Made by a program: the position numbers and the translations under genes | Source: an uncultured delta proteobacterium | GTDB taxonomy: Bacteria > Myxococcota > Myxococcia > SLRQ01 | Direction of reading: 5' to 3' | DNA length: 23,929 nucleotides | Assembly (NCBI GenBank): GCA_963727485.1 | Contig: CAVSGM010000004.1 | Coordinates: forward strand, 1 to 23,929 | In this document: positions 8,532 to 19,035 of the stretch, piece by piece | How the letters are laid out: every line of letters starts with the position of its first letter | Position numbering within the stretch: position 1 is the stretch's first letter | The notes under the pieces: model-generated | The model's input: the letters and a program-made list of their open reading frames with translations, nothing else | What the model was told of the DNA's origin: nothing | Database searches by the model: none

Positions 8532-9009
8532 CTACGCGCCTCCGTCGATGGCACGGTAGAGGCCGACCATCTCCAGGGCCGCCATCGCCGCGTCGGCGCC
8601 CTTGTTGCCGGCCTTGGTGCCGCTGCGCTCGATGGCCTGCTCCACCGTGTCGGTGGTGAGGATGCCGAAGACCACCGGCACCTTGGCGGTCATCCCCAGC
8701 TGGGCGATCGCCCTTGGCCGCCTCGCCGGCGACGTAGTCGAAGTGGGGCGTGCCCCCGCGGATGACCGCGCCCACGGCGATGACCGCGTCGAAGCCTCCC
8801 CGGTCGAGGATCCGCCGCGCCACCGCGGGCATCTCCCAGGCCCCGGGGCAGCGGTAGACGGTGACGGCGTCGTCCGCGACCCCGTGGCGGGTGAGCATGT
8901 CCACCGCGCCGGAGACCAGGTGGTCCACCACGAAGGCGTTGAACCGGCTGGCCACGACCGCGACCTTCAGGTCCCGTCCGTCGAAGTCCCCTTCCACCAC
9001 CTTGGGCAT
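8532..9009 (-). CDS. ribH: 6,7-dimethyl-8-ribityllumazine synthase; +1 frameshift near 8710
   Basis: MPKVVEG...VASRFN...PGAWEMP...[21 protein letters not shown]. Removing one base gives [37 protein letters not shown]...*. Confidence 0.92.
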
Positions 9010-10182
9010 CAGCTCGCTCCCTTGCCGTGACCGGCGAGTGGGACCACCTCGCCGGCGCCCTCGTTCTCGAGGGCGATGCGCTCGACCATGGTCAGGCCGA
9101 AGCCCTCGAGGCCGACGATCTTGGTCGGGGTGTTGCTCATCAGGCGCATCTTGCGCACCCCGAGGTCGTTGAGGATCTGGGCGCCGATGCCGAACTCCCG
9201 GAGGTCCGGGCGGACCTCGGTGGGCGGGGTCGGCGGCGCCTCCTTGAGGGCCTCGAGGCGCTTGAGGAGGGCCGAGCCGGCGTGGTCCATCTGGGTGCGC
9301 AGGTAGATGACCACCCCGGCGCCCTCGGCGGCGACCTTCTCCAGGGCCCGGTCGAAGATGGGCGGGCCCCCGTCGAGGCGCGCGGCGCCGAGGAGGTCGA
9401 CCATGAGATCGCGGTTCTGGACCCGGCAGAGCACCGGCTCGCCGGTCTCCCACCGGCCACGCACGAAGGCCAGGTGCACCTGCCCCTGCGCCTCGTCCTT
9501 GTAGGCGATGACCCGGAAGGTGCCCAGGTCGCCCAGGGCCAGGTCGGCCTCGGCGACGGCGTGGACCAGCCGCTCGCGCTGCATCCGGTAGTCGATGAGG
9601 TCGGCGACCGAGAGGATTCTGGAGGTCGTGCTCGGCGGCGAAGCGCTCGAGGTCCGGGCGCCTGGCCATGGTCCCGTCGGCGTTCATGATCTCGCAGATG
9701 ACGCCGGCGGGCTTGAGGCCGGCGAGCCGCGCCAGGTCGACGCTGCCCTCGGTCTGCCCGGTGCGGACCAGCACCCCCCCGGGGCGGGCCACCAGGGGGA
9801 AGACGTGCCCCGGCCGGGTGAGGTCCGCCGGGGTGGCGCCGTCGCCGATGGCCACCTGGATGGTGTGGGAGCGATCCGCGGCGCTGATGCCGGTGGTCAC
9901 GCCCGTCGCCGCCTCGATGGACACGGTGAACGCCGTGCTGAGCGGCGAGGTGTTGTTCCCCACCATGGGCCGCAGGTCGAGCTGCCGGGCCCGCGCCTCG
10001 TCCAGGGTGAGGCAGATGAGGCCCCGGGCATGGGTCGCCATGAAGTTGACGGCCTCGGGGGTCACCCGCTCGGCCGCCAGGCACAGATCGCCCTCGTTCT
10101 CGCGATCCTCGTCGTCGACGAGGATGACCATGCGGCCGGCGCGAATCTCCCGGAGGGCCTTCTCGACGCTCTCGATGGACAT
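9009..10182 (-). CDS. ribB: 3,4-dihydroxy-2-butanone-4-phosphate synthase fused to a degenerate GTP cyclohydrolase II-like domain (RibBX-type); +1 frameshift near 9618
   Basis: [10 protein letters not shown]...[14 protein letters not shown]...TGISAADR...RPGHVFPL...GQTEGSVDL...VICEIMN. It continues into ORF 9009..9584 ([25 protein letters not shown]), which lacks the Zn-binding cysteines. Confidence 0.88.
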
Positions 10183-10189
10183 GGGGCGC

Positions 10190-10853
10190 CTAGAGATACC
10201 CGTGTCGAGCCAGGAACGCCAGAATCCACTTGGTTCTCGGCGTCCGCGTCGCCGCGCCCGCCCCCGAAGGCCAGGAGCCGGGCCACGTGCCGGGCCAGGA
10301 CGTCGGCCTCGAGGTTCACCCGGTCCCCGGGCTGCAGGCTCCCCAGGGTGGTCCGGCGCACGGTCTCGGGGATGAGGGTCACCCGGAAGCGGGTCTTCGA
10401 GGCCTCGTTGACGGTCAGGGAGACCCCGTCGATGGCCACCGAGCCCTTCTCGCACACCAGGGGGGCGATGGCCTCCGGGAGCGCGACCTCCAGGTGGAGG
10501 ACCCCCTGCTCCTCGCGCCGGCTGGCCACGGGGGCGGTGGCGTCCACGTGGCCCAGGACCAGGTGGCCCCCGAGGCGGTCCTCGAGGCGCAGGGCGCGTT
10601 CGAGATTGACCTTCCGCCCGGCCTTCCAGGCGCCCACGGTGGTCCGCTCCAGGGTCTCCTGCCCCGCCTCGGCGACGAAGCCCTGGGGGTGGCGGGCGAC
10701 CACGGTGAGGCAGACCCCGTTGTTGGCGATGGACTCCCCCAGGGCCAGGTCGTCGGGGCTCCAGCCCGGGGTGGCGACGGTGAGGCGCAGGGGGCCGCCC
10801 TCGGGGCGCACCTCGAGGAGGGTGCCGAGATCCTGGATCAGGCCGGTGAACAT
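10190..10853 (-). CDS. ribE: Riboflavin synthase (alpha chain); +1 frameshift near 10223
   Basis: MFTGLI start, [50 protein letters not shown]. Removing one T gives the tail [12 protein letters not shown] ending just before the ribB start. Confidence 0.93.
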
Positions 10854-10917
10854 GGCCCGAGTATAGGATCCCGTGGCGTTGTGGTCAGCGGCGGGCTTCC
10901 GCGCTACACTTGGGCCG
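10854..10917. promoter_or_regulatory. Back-to-back putative leaderless promoters for ribE (-) and the lipoprotein gene (+)
   Basis: Minus strand: CTGACC, 17 nt, TATACT (10865-10860), 6 nt, ATG. Plus strand: TACACT (10905-10910), 7 nt, ATG at 10918. Confidence 0.55.
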
Positions 10918-11439
10918 ATGGCCCGCCGTCTCCATGTGCGCCCCCTCCTGGGGGTGGCGCTTCTCGCCGTCGCCCTCGCCGGCTGCGGGCTCACCGAGTC
11001 CGAGCAGTCGGCGCTGGCGAACCCGGCGGCCACCAGCTGCCCGGTGCTGCGCCCGGCCATGAGCTTCGAGCAGGCGGCGAGCCGGGCCACCCTGGTGGTC
11101 CAGGCCCACCCCGGCCAGAGCTACTTCGTGGACAGCTGCCACCGGGCCTTCGTCCTCCAGGTCGACCAGGTCTGGAAGGGCGTGCTCCCCGACCCGGTCC
11201 TCGCCGTGGTCCGGGTGAGCCCGGCGTCCATGGTCGAGAGCTGGCGGGACCTCGGCCGCGGCGCCTCGGCGGTGTTCCTCCTGGAGCGTGACCCGGACGT
11301 CCCCGAGGCCTGGCGCCCGGTGAGCGACGCCACGGGGATCGCCACCCCCGCCGACGTCGACCTCGACCAGCTCCGGTCCATGGTCGAGGGCACGATTCAG
11401 CCGGTGGCCACCCCGCCCGCCGGCGCCGCCACGCCCTGA
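10918..11439 (+). CDS. Hypothetical lipoprotein, possibly TIMP/NTR-like OB fold
   Basis: Lipobox LAGC after a basic/hydrophobic signal. SCP...SFEQAASRATLVV...FVLQVDQVWKG resembles bacterial TIMP/NTR-like proteins. Typical GC3-rich codons. Confidence 0.6.
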   Translation: MARRLHVRPLLGVALLAVALAGCGLTESEQSALANPAATSCPVLRPAMSFEQAASRATLVVQAHPGQSYFVDSCHRAFVLQVDQVWKGVLPDPVLAVVRVSPASMVESWRDLGRGASAVFLLERDPDVPEAWRPVSDATGIATPADVDLDQLRSMVEGTIQPVATPPAGAATP

Positions 11440-11873
11440 AGGATGGGCACCGGGTCCACCGGGTGGACCTCGTCGCCCGGTGAGATCCCCCGGGCCCAGT
11501 GGTCGAGGTGGGCGTAGTAGTAGAACGCCGGGCCGTCGCCGAGGACGGTGACCACCCGGCCGCCGAGGGGGTCGAGGCCCACCTTGAGGACGGTGCCCGC
11601 GGTGGCGGCGAGAACCGGCGTGTCCCGGTGGGCGAAGATGTCCTCGCCCTCGTGGTGCCGGCCCCCGGGGCGCGGGGCGCCGAAGGTGCTCCGGAGGCTG
11701 TGCTCGGTGACCCCGGCGACGGGGACCCGGCAGCCGGTGGGCGCGTGGAGGTGTGAGCGGACGGCGCCGGCGAGGCGCTTGGGCATGGCCCCGGGTGGGA
11801 GCAGGTCCGGTGCCGGCGCCAAGGGCCCCAAAATCACGGATCCAGGTAGGCCGCCCCGGGTCCCGTCACCCAC
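11397..11873 (-). CDS. M23-family metallopeptidase domain, apparently internally deleted (possible pseudogene); true start uncertain
   Basis: STFGAPRPGGRHHEGEDIFA (HxxxD), TPVLAATAGTV, LGGRVV, YYYAHLD. It then jumps from GDEVH to PVDPVPIL without the usual IGxVGxTG...PHLHF segment. Confidence 0.75.
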   Translation of the reverse strand: MGDGTRGGLPGSVILGPLAPAPDLLPPGAMPKRLAGAVRSHLHAPTGCRVPVAGVTEHSLRSTFGAPRPGGRHHEGEDIFAHRDTPVLAATAGTVLKVGLDPLGGRVVTVLGDGPAFYYYAHLDHWARGISPGDEVHPVDPVPILQGVAAPAGGVATG

Positions 11874-12028
11874 CTGCGTGGACCACGGGCCACGCCCCCG
11901 GGGTCGACGGACCGTGGGGCCGGGACCTTGGCGGCGAGGCCCAGGCGCGCGTGGGTGTCGGCCGGCGCGTCGAAGTCCGCCGGGTCCAGGGCGGGGGGTC
12001 GCTGCCGGTGGTCACGGAGACGCTCCGA

Positions 12029-12379
12029 TCAGTCGGGATCGGCCTTGGCCCAGGCCTCGGGGCCCGAGGGGGGGAAGGCGATGCGGTCCGAGTCGGCGGC
12101 GGCGGCCTTCAGCTGGAGGGCCAGGTAGGCCCCGTGGATCACCCGGTCGTGGGCGAGGACGGCGTCGAGCTCGGCCCGCGCCGCCGGGACCAGGTGCTCG
12201 ACCAGCATCCGCAGGCGCCGGCGCAGGGCCCGGAGGCGCTGGCGCTGGTCGCGGCGCTCGCCGGGCGACGCCGTGCCCCAGCCGCCGTCCCGAGGCGCGG
12301 TGTGCGCGCGGAGGTGCTCCTCGAGACCGAGGATCTCCCCGAGGAGCGCCTGCGCCTCCCGTGCGAGGTTCGAGGCCAC
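12029..12379 (-). CDS. Hypothetical helical protein; may be the frameshifted N-terminus of the M23 gene
   Basis: GTG start 10 nt after the ribD stop; GC3-rich frame VASNLAREAQALLGEILGLEEHL...AWAKADPD. A coding-like frame continues over ~11835-12020. Confidence 0.5.
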   Translation of the reverse strand: MASNLAREAQALLGEILGLEEHLRAHTAPRDGGWGTASPGERRDQRQRLRALRRRLRMLVEHLVPAARAELDAVLAHDRVIHGAYLALQLKAAAADSDRIAFPPSGPEAWAKADPD

Positions 12380-12389
12380 GGACGAAAGA

Positions 12390-13505
12390 CTAGCGCGCGA
12401 GCCGCGCCGTGAGGAGGACGTCGTCCCCCACCCGCTCGACGTGAGCGTGGCCCGAGCTTCCAGGCGTCGGCGAGGCGCGCGGGGCCGGTGCCCTCGGGGA
12501 GCGAGAGCCACGACGGCCCCTCGCCGACGAGGGTCGGCGCCAGGAAGAGGCGCACCTCGTCGACCAGGCCCGCGGCGAGCAGGGCGCCGTGGACCTCGCC
12601 GCCGCCCTCGACCAGGAGGGTCATGATCTCCCGGCGGGCGAGCTCGGCGAGGAGCGCCTCGAGGTCCACCCGGCCGCGGGCGCCGGCCACCCGGAGGACC
12701 TCGGTCCGCGGGCGCCTCGCGTAGGGCGCCACCTTGGCCTCGGACGTCCGCGACGGGACCGCGAGGAGGGTCGGCGCCTGGGACCGCAGGCCGTAGATCT
12801 TCGCCGCCGGGTCGGTCGTGAGCCGCCCGTCGAGGACCACGCGCACCGGGTCGCGGCCGGTGACCCCGGGGAGGCGCGTGGTGAGCCTCGGGTCGTCGGC
12901 GCGGACGGTGCCGGCGCCCACCAGGATGGCGTCCGCGCGGTCGCGCCACTGGTGGCCCAGCTCGCGGGCGGCGTTCCCGGTGATCCACCGGCTGTCGCCC
13001 GAGCGGGTGGCGATGCGCCCGTCGAGGGTCGCCGCCGCCTTGAGGATCACGTAGGGCCGGTGCTGCGCCACCCAGGTGAAGAACGGCGCGTTCACCGCCT
13101 CGCAGGCGCCGTCGGGATCGGCGAGCGCCACCTCGAGGCCGGCCTGCTTCAGGCGCTTCAGGCCCTTGCCCGCCACCAGGGGGTTGCAATCCTTGGCGCC
13201 GACGACGACCCGCGAGAATCCCGGCGGCGAGGATGGCCTCGGTGCACGGCGGGGTGCGCCCGTGGTGCACGCAGGGCTCGAGGGTGGTGTAGAGGGTCGC
13301 GCCCTTGGCCGCCTTCCCCGCCGCCCGCAGCGCCACCACCTCGGCGTGGGGCCCGCCGGCGGGCGCGGTGTGCCCGGCGGAGACGATGCGCCGGCCCCTC
13401 GCCGATCACCGCCCCCACCGGGGGGTTCGGCGAGGTGCGCCCCGCCGCGGCCCGGGCCTCGTCGAGGGCGAGCGCCAGGTACGCCTCGTCGCGCTCGGTG
13501 GTCAT
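12390..13505 (-). CDS. ribD: Bifunctional diaminohydroxyphosphoribosylaminopyrimidine deaminase / reductase; three +1 frameshifts (near 13398, 13217, 12452)
   Basis: [19 protein letters not shown]...[58 protein letters not shown]; end [17 protein letters not shown]. These are spread over three frames. Confidence 0.92.
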
Positions 13506-13975
13506 TCGCCGTTTCGCCCCGTCCGCTCGCTCATCAGCGAGGTGAGCTCGGCCATGAACTCGTCCACGTCGCGGAACGACCGGTAGACCGAGGCGAAGCG
13601 CACGTAGGCCACCTCGTCGAGCCCCCGGAGCCGCGCCATCACCAGGTCGCCGATGGCCCGGCTCTCGACCTCCTTCTCCGCCTGCTCGGAGAGGGTGCGC
13701 TCCACCGCGTCGGCGACCTCCTCGACGTTCTCGGCGGACACCGGCCGCTTCTCACAGGCGCGCTTGATCCCGGCGACGATCTTGGCCCGGTCGAACTGCT
13801 CCCGGCGGCCGTCCTTCTTCACCACCGTCGGGGTCAGCTCCTCGACCCGCTCGTAGGTGGTGAACCGGCGGGTGCACGCGAGGCACTCGCGCCGCCGTCG
13901 GATCACCGCGCCCTCCTTGGAGAGGCGGGAGTCGATGACCTTGTTGTCGGCCTCGCCGCAGAAGGGGCACTTCAC
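13502..13975 (-). CDS. nrdR: Transcriptional repressor NrdR
   Basis: MKCPFC...VIDSR...[19 protein letters not shown] cone, [13 protein letters not shown]. Confidence 0.97.
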   Translation of the reverse strand: MKCPFCGEADNKVIDSRLSKEGAVIRRRRECLACTRRFTTYERVEELTPTVVKKDGRREQFDRAKIVAGIKRACEKRPVSAENVEEVADAVERTLSEQAEKEVESRAIGDLVMARLRGLDEVAYVRFASVYRSFRDVDEFMAELTSLMSERTGRNGE

Positions 13976-13981
13976 CGTCGG

Positions 13982-15235
13982 TCAGAGGCGATGGGCGTAG
14001 AGGGGGAAGCGACGGCACAGGTCCCGGACCTTCCCGCGGACCTTCTGCTTCACCCCGTCGTCAGCCGGGTGGTCGAGGACGTCGAGGATGAGCTCGGCGA
14101 CGGTGCCCATCTCCTCCGGGCCCATGCCCCGGGTGGTGATCGCCGGGGTCCCGATGCGCAGGCCCGAGGTCACGAAGGGCTTCTCCGGGTCGCCGGGGAT
14201 CATGTTCTTGTTCACCGTGATCCCGGCCTCGCCGAGGGCCTCCTCGCCGACCTTCCCGGTGAGGCCCTTGGGCCGCAGGTCGCAGAGCATCAGGTGGTTG
14301 TCGGTGCCCCCGGAGATGAGGCGGACCCCGCCGGCGGCGAGCCCCTCGGCCAGCGCCCTGGCGTTGTCGACGATGGCCTGCTGGTAGCCCTTGAAGTCCG
14401 GCTCCAGGGCCTCCCGGAAGGCCACGGCCTTGGCGGCGATGACGTGCATCAGGGGCCCCCCCTGGGTCCCGGGGAAGACCCGGGAGTTGACCTTCTTCGC
14501 CTTGTCCTCGCGGCAGAGGATGAGCCCGCCCCGGGGCCCGCGCAGCGTCTTGTGGGTGGTGGAGGTGACGAACTCGGCGTGGGGCACCGGCGAGGGGTGG
14601 ATCCCCGCTGCCACCAGCCCGGCGATGTGGGCCATGTCGACCATCACCACCGCCCCGGCGAGGTCGGCGGCCTCGCGGATCTTCTTGAAGTCGATGACCC
14701 GGGGATAGGCGCTGGCCCCGGCGACGATCATCTTGGGCTGGTGCTCGTCCGCGAGGCGCTTGATCTCCTCGTAGTCGAGGCGCTCGTCCTCGCCGAGGCC
14801 GTAGGGGACGATGTCGTAGAGGCGCCCGGAGAAGTTCACCGGCGAGCCGTGGGTCAGGTGGCCCCCCTGCGCCAGGTCCATGGCCAGGACCTTGTCGCCG
14901 GGCTCCACCGCCGCGAAGTACACGGCCATGTTCGCCTGGGCCCCGGAGTGGGGCTGGACGTTGGCGTGGTCGGCGCCGAAGAGCTCCTTGGCCCGGTCGA
15001 TGGCCAGGTTCTCGGCGACGTCGACGAACTCGCAGCCCCCGTAGTAGCGCTTGCCCGGGTAGCCCTCGGCGTACTTGTTGGTGAGCACCGAGCCCATGGC
15101 GTCCATCACCGCGTCGGAGACGAAGTTCTCCGAGGCGATGAGCTCGAGGCCCTCCTCCTGGCGGCGGGTCTCGTCGGCGAGGACCTTCGCGATCTCGGGA
15201 TCGGTCTGGTAGAGGGGGCGCTGGATGTGGCTCAC
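13982..15235 (-). CDS. glyA: Serine hydroxymethyltransferase
   Basis: [44 protein letters not shown]. The GTG start overlaps the rpiB stop. Confidence 0.97.
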   Translation of the reverse strand: MSHIQRPLYQTDPEIAKVLADETRRQEEGLELIASENFVSDAVMDAMGSVLTNKYAEGYPGKRYYGGCEFVDVAENLAIDRAKELFGADHANVQPHSGAQANMAVYFAAVEPGDKVLAMDLAQGGHLTHGSPVNFSGRLYDIVPYGLGEDERLDYEEIKRLADEHQPKMIVAGASAYPRVIDFKKIREAADLAGAVVMVDMAHIAGLVAAGIHPSPVPHAEFVTSTTHKTLRGPRGGLILCREDKAKKVNSRVFPGTQGGPLMHVIAAKAVAFREALEPDFKGYQQAIVDNARALAEGLAAGGVRLISGGTDNHLMLCDLRPKGLTGKVGEEALGEAGITVNKNMIPGDPEKPFVTSGLRIGTPAITTRGMGPEEMGTVAELILDVLDHPADDGVKQKVRGKVRDLCRRFPLYAHRL

Positions 15236-15696
15236 GGCTGCTCCTTGTCGGCGGCGGAGTCGAGGGCGGTCAGCTTGTCCACCCGGCGCTGGTGCCGGCC
15301 GCCCTCGAAGGCGCCGGCGTCGAAGGCGGCGAGGATGGCCTCGGCGAGACCGAAGCCGGTGACCCGCTCGCCGAGGGCGAGGACGTTGGCGTCGTTGTGG
15401 GCCCGCGCCATGGTCGCCTCGTAGGCGGTGCGGCAGACCGCGGCGCGGATCCCCGGGACCTTGTTGGCGGCGATGGAGATCCCGATGCCCGTGCCGCAAA
15501 CCACCAGGCCCAGGTCGGCGTCGCCGGCGGCGACCTTCCGGGCCACCGCGGCGCCATAGTCCGGGTAGTCCACGGACTCGGGGCCGTGGGTCCCCACGTC
15601 GTCCACGGCGTGGCCCTTCTCGCGCAGGACCTCGGCGAGATGGTCCTTGAGGGCGAGGCCGGCGTGATCACTTCCGACGGCGTAACGCGTGGACAT
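15232..15696 (-). CDS. rpiB: Ribose-5-phosphate isomerase B
   Basis: [40 protein letters not shown]. Confidence 0.96.
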   Translation of the reverse strand: MSTRYAVGSDHAGLALKDHLAEVLREKGHAVDDVGTHGPESVDYPDYGAAVARKVAAGDADLGLVVCGTGIGISIAANKVPGIRAAVCRTAYEATMARAHNDANVLALGERVTGFGLAEAILAAFDAGAFEGGRHQRRVDKLTALDSAADKEQP

Positions 15697-15702
15697 CGCC
15701 GG

Positions 15703-16938
<1,236 letters not shown>

Positions 16939-16977
16939 CGGTGCTCCTTCCCAAACGTCCGGCGGCGGACCGGACGC

Positions 16978-17211
16978 CTACTTCTTGTGGTCGTTGACGT
17001 AGTTGGTGGCGTCGGCGACCGTCTTGATGTTCTCCGCCTCCTCGTCGGGGATCTCGACCTCGAACTCCTCCTCCATGGCCATCACCAGCTCGACGATGTC
17101 GAGGCTGTCCGCCCCGAGATCCTCGATGAACGCGGAGTCGGGCTTGATGGTGTCCTCGGAGATCCCCAGCTGCTCGGCGATGATGCTCTTGACCTTGGCT
17201 TCGACGGACAT
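16978..17211 (-). CDS. acpP: Acyl carrier protein
   Basis: [29 protein letters not shown] upstream. Confidence 0.98.
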   Translation of the reverse strand: MSVEAKVKSIIAEQLGISEDTIKPDSAFIEDLGADSLDIVELVMAMEEEFEVEIPDEEAENIKTVADATNYVNDHKK

Positions 17212-17260
17212 CGCACTTCCTCCTCAAGAAAAGGATTCCGCGCCGAGGCGCGGCCACGGG

Positions 17261-18010
17261 TCACATGTACATGCCCCCGTTCACGTCGAGGACGTGCCCG
17301 GTGACGTAGCTAGACTCGGCCGAGCAGAGGAAGGCGACGGCGCTCGCCACCTCGTCTGGTCGGCCCTGGCGCCCCAGGGGGACGCCCTCCACCATCTTCT
17401 GCTTCAGCGCCTCGGAGAGCCCGGCGGTCATGTCGGTGTCGATATAACCCGGGCTCACGGCGTTGACCCGGATCCCGCGGCTGGCGAGCTCTCGGGCCAG
17501 GGTCTTGGTGAGGGCGATGACCCCGCCCTTGGACGCGGTGTAGCTGGCCTGGCCGGCGTTGCCGGTCTGGGCCACCACCGAGGTGACGTTCACGATCGCC
17601 CCGCCCTTCTGCTTCATCATCGGGCGGGCGGCGGCGCGGCACAGGTACATCACCGAGGAGAGGTTCACCGCCAGGGTGCGCTGCCAGTCGTCGTCCTTCA
17701 CCCGGACCAGGAGCCCGTCGAGGCTGACGCCGGCGTTGTTCACCAGGATCTGGAGGCCCCCGTGGTCCTTCACCGTGTCCTCGATGGCCGCCTTGCAGCC
17801 GTCGGGATCGGCGACGTCGAAGCACCGGGGGATGGCCGTGCCGCCGGCGCGCTCCACCAGGCCCGCGGTCTCGGCGGCCGCCGCCTCGTTGCCGGCGTAG
17901 CCGAGGATCACCGTGGCCCCGCCGGCGCCGAGCGCCTGGGCCACGTGCCGGCCGATGCCCCGGGAGGCCCCGGTCACCAGCGCCACCTGCCCCTGGAAGT
18001 CGTAGCCCAT
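17261..18010 (-). CDS. fabG: 3-oxoacyl-ACP reductase
   Basis: ALVTGASRGIG, LVNNAG, GNAGQASYTASK, VDVNGG-like end LDVNGGMYM. ATG at 18010 overlaps the fabD stop. Confidence 0.96.
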   Translation of the reverse strand: MGYDFQGQVALVTGASRGIGRHVAQALGAGGATVILGYAGNEAAAAETAGLVERAGGTAIPRCFDVADPDGCKAAIEDTVKDHGGLQILVNNAGVSLDGLLVRVKDDDWQRTLAVNLSSVMYLCRAAARPMMKQKGGAIVNVTSVVAQTGNAGQASYTASKGGVIALTKTLARELASRGIRVNAVSPGYIDTDMTAGLSEALKQKMVEGVPLGRQGRPDEVASAVAFLCSAESSYVTGHVLDVNGGMYM

Positions 18011-18969
18011 CACGCCGCCTCCGCGGTGAGGGCCTCGACGGCCCGGGCGAGGCCCTCGGGGTCGCCGACGCTGGCGCAGGTGAGCGAGCGGTCGATGCGC
18101 CGCACCAGGCCCGAAAGGACCTTCCCGGGCCCGAGCTCCACCAGGTGGGTCACGCCCTCTGCGGCGAGGCGCTCCACCGACTCGACCCAACGCACCGGGC
18201 TGACCACCTGGGCGATGAGCAGCGCGCGGATCCGCGCGGCCTCGGTGACCGGCGCCGCCTCGACGTTGCTGATGAGGGGCACCGAGGGATCCCGGACCTC
18301 CATGGCGTCGAGGACCGCCTCGAGGCCCGAGCGCACCGGCTGCATCAGGGCGCAGTGGAAGGGCGCGGACACCGGCAGCGGGAGCACCCGCTTCGCCCCG
18401 GCGTCCTTGAGGCGCGTCCCGGCCACCTCGACCGCGGCGGTGGCGCCGGCGATCACGGTCTGCTCGGGGCTGTTGAAGTTCGCCGGGGAGACCACCCCGT
18501 GGCCCTCGGCGACCTCGGCGCAGATCCGGGCGACCTCGGCGGGGGCCAGCCCGATGACGGCGGCCATGGCGCCCTGCCCCTCGGGGACCGCCTCCTGCAT
18601 CAGGGCCCCGCGGCGGCGCACCGCCCGCACCGCGTCGGCCAGCCCCAGGGACCCGGCGGCCACCAGGGCCGACCACTCACCCAGGGAGTGCCCGGCGACG
18701 AAGGCCGGCGTCAGGTCGGGCCGCGCCGCCCGGAACGCCGCGTGGGCGGCGAGGCTCACCGTGAGGATCGCCGGCTGGGTGTTGGCGGTGAGCTTGAGGG
18801 CGTCGTCCGGGCCCTCGAAGAGCAGGGACCGCAGATCGACCTCGGAGGCGAGGGCGTCGGCGGCGGCGTCGATCACCGCGCGGGCCTCGGGAGCGGCCTC
18901 GTACAAGGCCTTCCCCATGCCCACCACCTGGGATCCCTGACCGGGAAAGATGAACGCGATTCTGCCCAT
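18010..18969 (-). CDS. fabD: Malonyl-CoA:ACP transacylase
   Basis: FIFPGQGSQ, NTQPAI, GHSLGE, VSAPFHC, ELGPGKVL. Confidence 0.96.
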   Translation of the reverse strand: MGRIAFIFPGQGSQVVGMGKALYEAAPEARAVIDAAADALASEVDLRSLLFEGPDDALKLTANTQPAILTVSLAAHAAFRAARPDLTPAFVAGHSLGEWSALVAAGSLGLADAVRAVRRRGALMQEAVPEGQGAMAAVIGLAPAEVARICAEVAEGHGVVSPANFNSPEQTVIAGATAAVEVAGTRLKDAGAKRVLPLPVSAPFHCALMQPVRSGLEAVLDAMEVRDPSVPLISNVEAAPVTEAARIRALLIAQVVSPVRWVESVERLAAEGVTHLVELGPGKVLSGLVRRIDRSLTCASVGDPEGLARAVEALTAEAA

Positions 18970-19035
18970 GATCCTGCTCCCCTGGGGCACCCTGCCCCCG
19001 AGGGCGGCGCACCCTAACATAGCCGTCCGGGGGCG

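Noticed and set aside
7615..10455. 946-aa ORF looking like a RibB-RibH-M17 fusion
   Set aside because: Produced by frameshifts that link separate genes through out-of-frame Arg/Pro-rich stretches. Each gene has its own start and stop once the single-base insertions are removed.
10854..10917. FMN riboswitch upstream of the rib genes
   Set aside because: The gap is only 64 nt with no RFN-like conserved sequence, and ribD directly overlaps nrdR.
10062..11090. Extended 342-aa riboflavin synthase
   Set aside because: The family starts at MFTG (10853), and the C-terminal extension disappears when one base near 10223 is removed.
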